Below are positions 24,365 to 29,488 of a stretch of DNA of 29,488 bases, piece by piece (position 1 is the stretch's first letter; each line of letters starts with the position of its first letter). A program made the translations under genes and the position numbers. Source of the DNA: an uncultured Candidatus Saccharibacteria bacterium (GTDB taxonomy: Bacteria > Patescibacteriota > Minisyncoccia > UBA6257 > UBA9933); the NCBI GenBank assembly GCA_964362685.1, contig CAYIFL010000001.1, positions 1 to 29,488 on the forward strand, in the 5' to 3' direction. The notes under the pieces were generated by a model. It made no database searches, was not told where the DNA came from, and saw only the letters and a list, made by a program, of their open reading frames with translations.

Positions 24365-26261
24365 AACCTTCGCCCAAAAAGACAGCGCGGCTATCGTCCT
24401 TATCGCAGCAGGTCTTTTAGGGTTTGTGATCGGCATACTCCATGCTACGTGGCAGGTCTCTTTGGAATCAGCTCAAGTAGTAGCCCGTACGGTCGCGTAT
24501 TCGACCCCGACTCCTTTTTATTGGTACCACACAAAGCTTTGGACGCTTATGGTCCAAGCGCCGGCACTATTCCTTTATTTAGGGATGTCGGCGAGAGTGC
24601 TCTCATTCATCGTGAGCGGCATTGTGGGAATGTTTTCCTTTCAGGCCTTGTCACTTATTATCTATGCCGTAAGCGGCAGGAAACTGCTCGCAATTTTATC
24701 CCCGTCATTTATCTACACCACCGAGGCAGTGTCTCTTTTTTCCGGATCCTACTACATATATCTTATGGCGACTATGCACACCTACGGCATGATCGGTTTA
24801 TCATTTGCCGTACTGGTTTTAGGACTCTTGAGTGTTGGGTACAACCGGCTTGGCGGATTTCTTTTGGGGCTCGCGCCCGCGGTCCATCCTTCAATCGGTC
24901 TCTGGCTTATACTCATTGTTATGATTGCGTTGCTTTGGAAAAAAGATGAAAAAGAGAAGATGAAAGAGGTGGTGCGGTACGGCATTCTTGGATTGGGCGT
25001 GTCAGCCGTGAGCGCCTTATATCAAGTAGTGTTCGTTATGGATCTGCCAAAAGTGGACTACGCGATTTATCGCCCATACCTTACCGCATTTGTCACCTAC
25101 TGGGACGTACACAGAGTAAAACTGCCTTTTGTATCCAAGGCGATGTTTGCAAATCTCGGCGTACTAGGCCTCTCAATACTCTTACTGCGGCAAAAAGAAA
25201 ATGCGATTTTCAAAAAAGGCGAGTGGCTGCTTCGCTTTTTCTCTATTGCGTGCTTTATGGGAATTACCGCTGTTTTTATAAGCTGGCTGCCTGCGAATTA
25301 TCTGCCGGAGAGTTTACTTGCTCTTATGCCCCAGCGCATACTCGATTTTGCGCCGTACGCCTTAACGCCAATCTTAATTGGCGCGCTATCGTTCCAAAAA
25401 AAGCATGTATTGAAAGAATTTCTTCTTGCAATACTTATACCCGGCCTTCTCTTTTGGTACGCGATATACGAAAATACCGCTGCGACTGCTCTTGTGGTCG
25501 GCATAGTTGCGGTTATAAGCATCTTTCTCTTCTGGAAAGAGGGATCAACAGAAATTAGTACCACGCGCTATCAAAAAGTATGTACTGTTGCGCACACACT
25601 CATCATAGCCAGTCTTGTTTGGATCGTAGTGCGACATCTTACTTCATCAAGGCTTTTGCCTTTAGCTGCCGCGAGCATCACCATACTAGGATTTATATGG
25701 TGGAACGCCGTTATGCGCTCCGGAAAAAAACCGAGCGCTCTCTTTAAATCAGCAGCGCTTGTCTTTTCTCTGCTTATGGCGATTGTAGTATCTCAAAGAG
25801 TAATTGCTTCTTCCGAGCGGCGATTCAAGAACCTCACTGACTGGACAAATGATACTGCCCTCAAAAGAGCATCAGCGTCAGAACTTACGATTGCCACGAG
25901 TTTAGATTTTCGCTTGATCCAGTTGCGCACAGGGCGTCCGGTGCTTCTCGCGAGCATTGACCAAATTCCCTATGTGCCTAAATCAGGAAAAGCAATCAAT
26001 GAAATCCTTAGGGAGATATATGGACTGGATTTATTGAATCCGCCGCGTTCAGATGGACCGTTGGTTGATAATACGTTAGTAGCAGACATCAATAAGAAAA
26101 CGTGGGAGAAGAGAACTCCCAAGGAATGGCAAAAAATACGTGAAATATTCCGCGTGAGCGACCTTATTACGCCGCCTGAGTGGAACTTGCAGTTGCCGAG
26201 AGTGGTTTTGAGCAGTGAACTCGCGGTCTATGAGATACGCGCTGATTTGCCATCTGATTGA
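24306..26261 (+). CDS. Polytopic membrane protein, possible GT-C-fold transferase
   Basis: About 650 aa with many hydrophobic segments and a soluble C-terminal domain (QLRTGRPVLL...PYVP...EIYGLDLLNPP). Start uncertain (overlaps the GT2 gene). Confidence 0.65.
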   Translation: MKVKILQIKKSAREAYVLVKTFAQKDSAAIVLIAAGLLGFVIGILHATWQVSLESAQVVARTVAYSTPTPFYWYHTKLWTLMVQAPALFLYLGMSARVLSFIVSGIVGMFSFQALSLIIYAVSGRKLLAILSPSFIYTTEAVSLFSGSYYIYLMATMHTYGMIGLSFAVLVLGLLSVGYNRLGGFLLGLAPAVHPSIGLWLILIVMIALLWKKDEKEKMKEVVRYGILGLGVSAVSALYQVVFVMDLPKVDYAIYRPYLTAFVTYWDVHRVKLPFVSKAMFANLGVLGLSILLLRQKENAIFKKGEWLLRFFSIACFMGITAVFISWLPANYLPESLLALMPQRILDFAPYALTPILIGALSFQKKHVLKEFLLAILIPGLLFWYAIYENTAATALVVGIVAVISIFLFWKEGSTEISTTRYQKVCTVAHTLIIASLVWIVVRHLTSSRLLPLAAASITILGFIWWNAVMRSGKKPSALFKSAALVFSLLMAIVVSQRVIASSERRFKNLTDWTNDTALKRASASELTIATSLDFRLIQLRTGRPVLLASIDQIPYVPKSGKAINEILREIYGLDLLNPPRSDGPLVDNTLVADINKKTWEKRTPKEWQKIREIFRVSDLITPPEWNLQLPRVVLSSELAVYEIRADLPSD

Positions 26262-26286
26262 TTAGATCATATACTTACGCGGAGTT

Positions 26287-26315
26287 AGAACTACTGAAAT
26301 CAGAACTACTGAAAT
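26287..26315 (+). repeat. Perfect 14-bp direct tandem repeat (15-bp period) abutting start codon
   Basis: agaactactgaaat c agaactactgaaat ATG. Confidence 0.8.
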
Positions 26316-27014
26316 ATGGAAGGCATAATGTACCAAAAACTACAGGAAAACGACGTGCACCACTGGTGGTATAGAGGCAGGCGGGCTATTATTGATTCTT
26401 TAATTGCATCGAAATTAAAACTCCCTCAACATGCCGCTCTGCTTGATGCAGGATGTGGCTATGGCGGAAACGTGCCTATGCTTAAAAAATACGGCCGTGT
26501 TTCAGCAATGGATATTGATTGGGAAGTTATCAAGGACATAGATGCTGACGAAAAAATTGTCGCTAGCATACCCGATACGCTAAAAAACAAGTATGACCTT
26601 ATCTTACTCACTGATGTATTGGAACATATTGAGGATGATAAAGCAGTAAGCCGCTGGATAAAAAATACGCTTAAGCCAGGCGGCTATGCAGTCATTACGG
26701 TTCCTGCGCTCGATATCCTTTGGTCACGGATGGATAATGAGGTCGGACACGTAAGACGCTACACTAAAAAAACCTTGCTGGAACTTTTTAAAAACAATAT
26801 GAATGTGACTTATTGCAGCTACTATAATTTTTTCCTTTTCCCGGTAAAATTTCTCTCAAAAGCTCAAAGCATTAATCATATGACGTATGAAAAACTTGGC
26901 GTTATCGGAACATTATTTTTAGGCATAATGAAATTCGAGGCGTTCTTATTGCAATTTATCACTTTCCCTATCGGCATAGCGCTAATCGCAATAGTTCAAA
27001 ACGACCAAAGATAA
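26316..27014 (+). CDS. Class I SAM-dependent methyltransferase
   Basis: HWWYRGRR, LLDAGCGYG, DLILLTDVLEHIEDD, VITVPA...WSRMD..VGHVRRY. Confidence 0.88.
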   Translation: MEGIMYQKLQENDVHHWWYRGRRAIIDSLIASKLKLPQHAALLDAGCGYGGNVPMLKKYGRVSAMDIDWEVIKDIDADEKIVASIPDTLKNKYDLILLTDVLEHIEDDKAVSRWIKNTLKPGGYAVITVPALDILWSRMDNEVGHVRRYTKKTLLELFKNNMNVTYCSYYNFFLFPVKFLSKAQSINHMTYEKLGVIGTLFLGIMKFEAFLLQFITFPIGIALIAIVQNDQR

Positions 27015-27017
27015 ATC

Positions 27018-28634
27018 GTGAGAATTTTTTTCGCTGCAATCATAGCGGTATACGCCCTACTCTTTCTCGTTCAACCGCACCTAGGCCCCACCGATGATTT
27101 TGTTTTCTTGCGCACGCTTCAGGTTGGAAAACCGTTACTCTATTTTAGTTCAGACTTCCCCTATTATGACACGTGGGCGCTCGGGCGGTTCGGTCTTCTC
27201 TCATCCCTAGAATACAATCTCTTCTGGTTTTTTTCTGATGCGCCGCCGGCTTTTTGGTATTTTCTCTACCATGCTATTCAATTCGCTATTTTTATATATC
27301 TCTTTCTAAAACTACTCCGCGCAATTTCTCAAAACAAATTACTTAATTACCTGATTGTTTTTTTGCTTATTCTCCTCCCTGGATTTGTACTCGCGTGGTT
27401 CCGGCTCCAGCTTCCGGAACGGAATGTGATTTTTTTCTTTACGGCGTTTTTACTTTCATATTTGCTCTACCACAACGAGCGGAAAACGACATACCTCGCA
27501 CTAAGTATTCTCTTGGCTAATGTCGCGATCTACTACAAAGAAATCTCTTTTGCCGCAGTCGCTGCCTTTTCCTGCATCGAACTCTTTACGCTCTGGAAGG
27601 TACACGATATAAAAACAAAACTCTTGAACGTCGCTCTACTCGCCAGCTCTTTCATCTATCTCGGTTTATACTATATTTTTGTTTTCAGCCGGAGCTCCCT
27701 TTTATATTTACCGCAAGGCGCCTCAAACTCCCTTCTCTCATTTGTGAAAAACATTGCAAATTACGCTTTTTCGTCTGACCCGTTCCTTATACTCATCGTA
27801 TTCCCCCTGGCCCTGTGGCGCCTCTATAAGATACTTATTAAAAAATCGCCGCTCACACCGTTTTATGACGCCCTGCTTGCCGGCGCAGTGGGCTACGCAG
27901 TTATTCCCATGCTTCTTAATCTCTATGGCCCATATTACCTTATTCCCGCATATATCTTTGCTATTCCGGCAATACTGCATTTTGCAAAGGGATACTCGCC
28001 AAGATCGCTGCCGCCTTTTTTCAAGGTCGCGGGTGCGCTTACTGCGTTTCTTCTTGTATTCAATACAATACCCTCGGGCATCCATCAACTTACCTATAAT
28101 AAATATCTGCCGTACAATTTTAATACAACCCTTGATTTTCTCGTGCAGGATTTGCGGGCGCGGGAATCAAAAAATCAAAAAGGTAAGCCAAGCATTTTTT
28201 TGGCGGGCGTGGATCGCGGAGCAGGCCGAGGAACATATTTTATTCTTGCTGACTACCTCCACCATCGAGGCATAGAAGACAATGAGTATGATATGAAATC
28301 CGCTATGGCTGCAGCCGAACCATTTAGTCCCGTAACAAAAATCCAACCGCCATTCACTGTTTTCAAGGCTGGTCCGGCAGAAGAACCGCGGCAAGGCGAC
28401 TATCTTATCGTAACGCCGCAGGCAACGCGAGATATAAGCGAGGAGTACCTCTTATCGCTCCGCAAAAAGTATACGCTCGTATTCCAGACATCGAGCCCTT
28501 TTGCCCTTCCTGACCTTAATCTTAAGACCATAGTAAAACAATATCTTCTTAAAAAATCCGCGAATGGCAATACTATCATCAAAGACGAAAATCTTCTCCA
28601 ATTGCCGGACTACTACCTATTTATCAAAACCTAA
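27018..28634 (+). CDS. Polytopic membrane protein, GT-C-like (GtrII/PMT-type) glycosyltransferase
   Basis: GTG start; TDD acidic pair after TM1, GRF motif, PERN, YYKE, about 10 hydrophobic segments, extracytoplasmic C-terminal domain. Confidence 0.68.
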   Translation: MRIFFAAIIAVYALLFLVQPHLGPTDDFVFLRTLQVGKPLLYFSSDFPYYDTWALGRFGLLSSLEYNLFWFFSDAPPAFWYFLYHAIQFAIFIYLFLKLLRAISQNKLLNYLIVFLLILLPGFVLAWFRLQLPERNVIFFFTAFLLSYLLYHNERKTTYLALSILLANVAIYYKEISFAAVAAFSCIELFTLWKVHDIKTKLLNVALLASSFIYLGLYYIFVFSRSSLLYLPQGASNSLLSFVKNIANYAFSSDPFLILIVFPLALWRLYKILIKKSPLTPFYDALLAGAVGYAVIPMLLNLYGPYYLIPAYIFAIPAILHFAKGYSPRSLPPFFKVAGALTAFLLVFNTIPSGIHQLTYNKYLPYNFNTTLDFLVQDLRARESKNQKGKPSIFLAGVDRGAGRGTYFILADYLHHRGIEDNEYDMKSAMAAAEPFSPVTKIQPPFTVFKAGPAEEPRQGDYLIVTPQATRDISEEYLLSLRKKYTLVFQTSSPFALPDLNLKTIVKQYLLKKSANGNTIIKDENLLQLPDYYLFIKT

Positions 28635-29488
28635 TTTTTTTATAACATCCCTGCATGCTTCGATGACTTCATCAACTGAAATCATACCTATGCCCTGCTT
28701 GATACATTCTTCGCTTTTATAATTACAATTTAAAAATTTATGATACAAAATGGTATGCGCGTTTCCGAAAGGAAACCACCTGCCGGGCACGTCTCTGATC
28801 GTATATAAGCCGATAGTCGGAATCCCAGCTGCAGCGGCCAAATGGATCGTGCCGGTGCTATTTGAAATTAAAAATGAGCAATATTTAAGGAGCTCAAATG
28901 TTCCCAAAAAACTCAACTGCCCAGCCGCGCTTATGCCGCCTCGTGTATTTTGCAAAATGATTTGAGCTCGAGACGCATCATCCGAGCCGCCCACAACAAT
29001 AACCTTCGCCTTGTAGGTTACGCTCAAATACTCGGCTATTTTTTGGAAATGCGAAATAGGCCATCGATTTCCCTCCCTCTTCCCCCCGGGGCTTATAAGA
29101 ACCACTACATCGTTTTTTTTGACCTTCGCCTTTTCAAGCAAGCTCATCACGCGTATTTTCTCATCTGCCGTAACGGGAAAATCAAATTCAATCTTATCTG
29201 CTTTTATGCCGTGTCTTTTCAAAAGGCCAAGCAAGCTTTGGACCTCGGCTTCCTGCTCGGTAAAATCAACTTGCGTCTTTTTGAAGATCTGGATCGTGCG
29301 CACCGTAAAGCCAAAAGCATGCCGCGCACCGATCATCTTCGCAAAAATCATATTTCGCACAAGGGTTCGGAAACCTGCCAAGTCATCAGGCAGCTGAATA
29401 AACATATCGTAGGTCTGGGCCCTTAACGCCTGGATGAACTTTTTTCGCTTATCACTGGTATCAATATCATCGCGGTAATAAACCTTGA
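28617..29488 (-). CDS. Glycosyltransferase family 9 (heptosyltransferase-like), 5' end truncated by window edge
   Basis: Frame is open to the window end (KVYYRDD...YDMFIQL). ISPGGKREGNRWP, VVGGSDD, AGQLSF, LISNSTGTIHLAAAAGIPTIGLY. Confidence 0.9.
   Translation of the reverse strand, partial: KVYYRDDIDTSDKRKKFIQALRAQTYDMFIQLPDDLAGFRTLVRNMIFAKMIGARHAFGFTVRTIQIFKKTQVDFTEQEAEVQSLLGLLKRHGIKADKIEFDFPVTADEKIRVMSLLEKAKVKKNDVVVLISPGGKREGNRWPISHFQKIAEYLSVTYKAKVIVVGGSDDASRAQIILQNTRGGISAAGQLSFLGTFELLKYCSFLISNSTGTIHLAAAAGIPTIGLYTIRDVPGRWFPFGNAHTILYHKFLNCNYKSEECIKQGIGMISVDEVIEACRDVIKKLGFDK

Noticed and set aside
1-29488. Alternative genetic code (UGA=Gly/Trp), CRISPR array, tRNA/rRNA
   Set aside because: All recognisable enzymes are full-length in code 11, with TGA acting as a proper stop (rfbB, hddC). 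There are no regularly spaced 25-45 bp repeats. GTTCGA hits at about 9243 and 10259 are inside CDS and lack a cloverleaf.

Overview
A dense, mostly minus-strand surface-glycan / nucleotide-sugar locus with about 28 CDS, two of them truncated by the window edges. No RNA genes, CRISPR arrays or transposases were recognised. The host looks like a small-genome Patescibacteria/Parcubacteria-type bacterium; this is inference from compact overlapping genes, leaderless-looking promoters, 7-bp-periodic tracts encoding YELR / VTSDKLQVT peptides and an acidic 'MSIE..' protein. Four layers are visible. (1) A dTDP branch: rmlB-rmlA-DUF218-rmlD-DUF218-like-NDP-sugar C-methyltransferase-methyltransferase-CgeB-type GT, with no rmlC in the window. 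(2) A GDP-heptose branch: hddA, hddC, an ALS/YerE-like ThDP enzyme, a Cj1427-like GDP-heptose C4-dehydrogenase and a ColD-like His-for-Lys PLP 3-dehydratase. Together these suggest an unusual 3-deoxy, possibly C4-branched heptose, with a potential glutamate/2-oxoglutarate loop closed by a neighbouring aminotransferase. (3) A central module of two Nudix hydrolases, two IMPase-family phosphatases, a PfkB kinase, an HldC-like nucleotidyltransferase and a B12 radical SAM enzyme; no gmhA or gmhB is present in the window. Four GC-richer genes in this module each carry a Shine-Dalgarno and their own terminator, and two of them lie beside AT-richer paralogues. (4) A plus-strand GT2 / GT-C-like membrane / methyltransferase / GT-C-like block ending head-on against a GT9 heptosyltransferase. 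All functional calls come from motif recognition by eye; no database searches were run.
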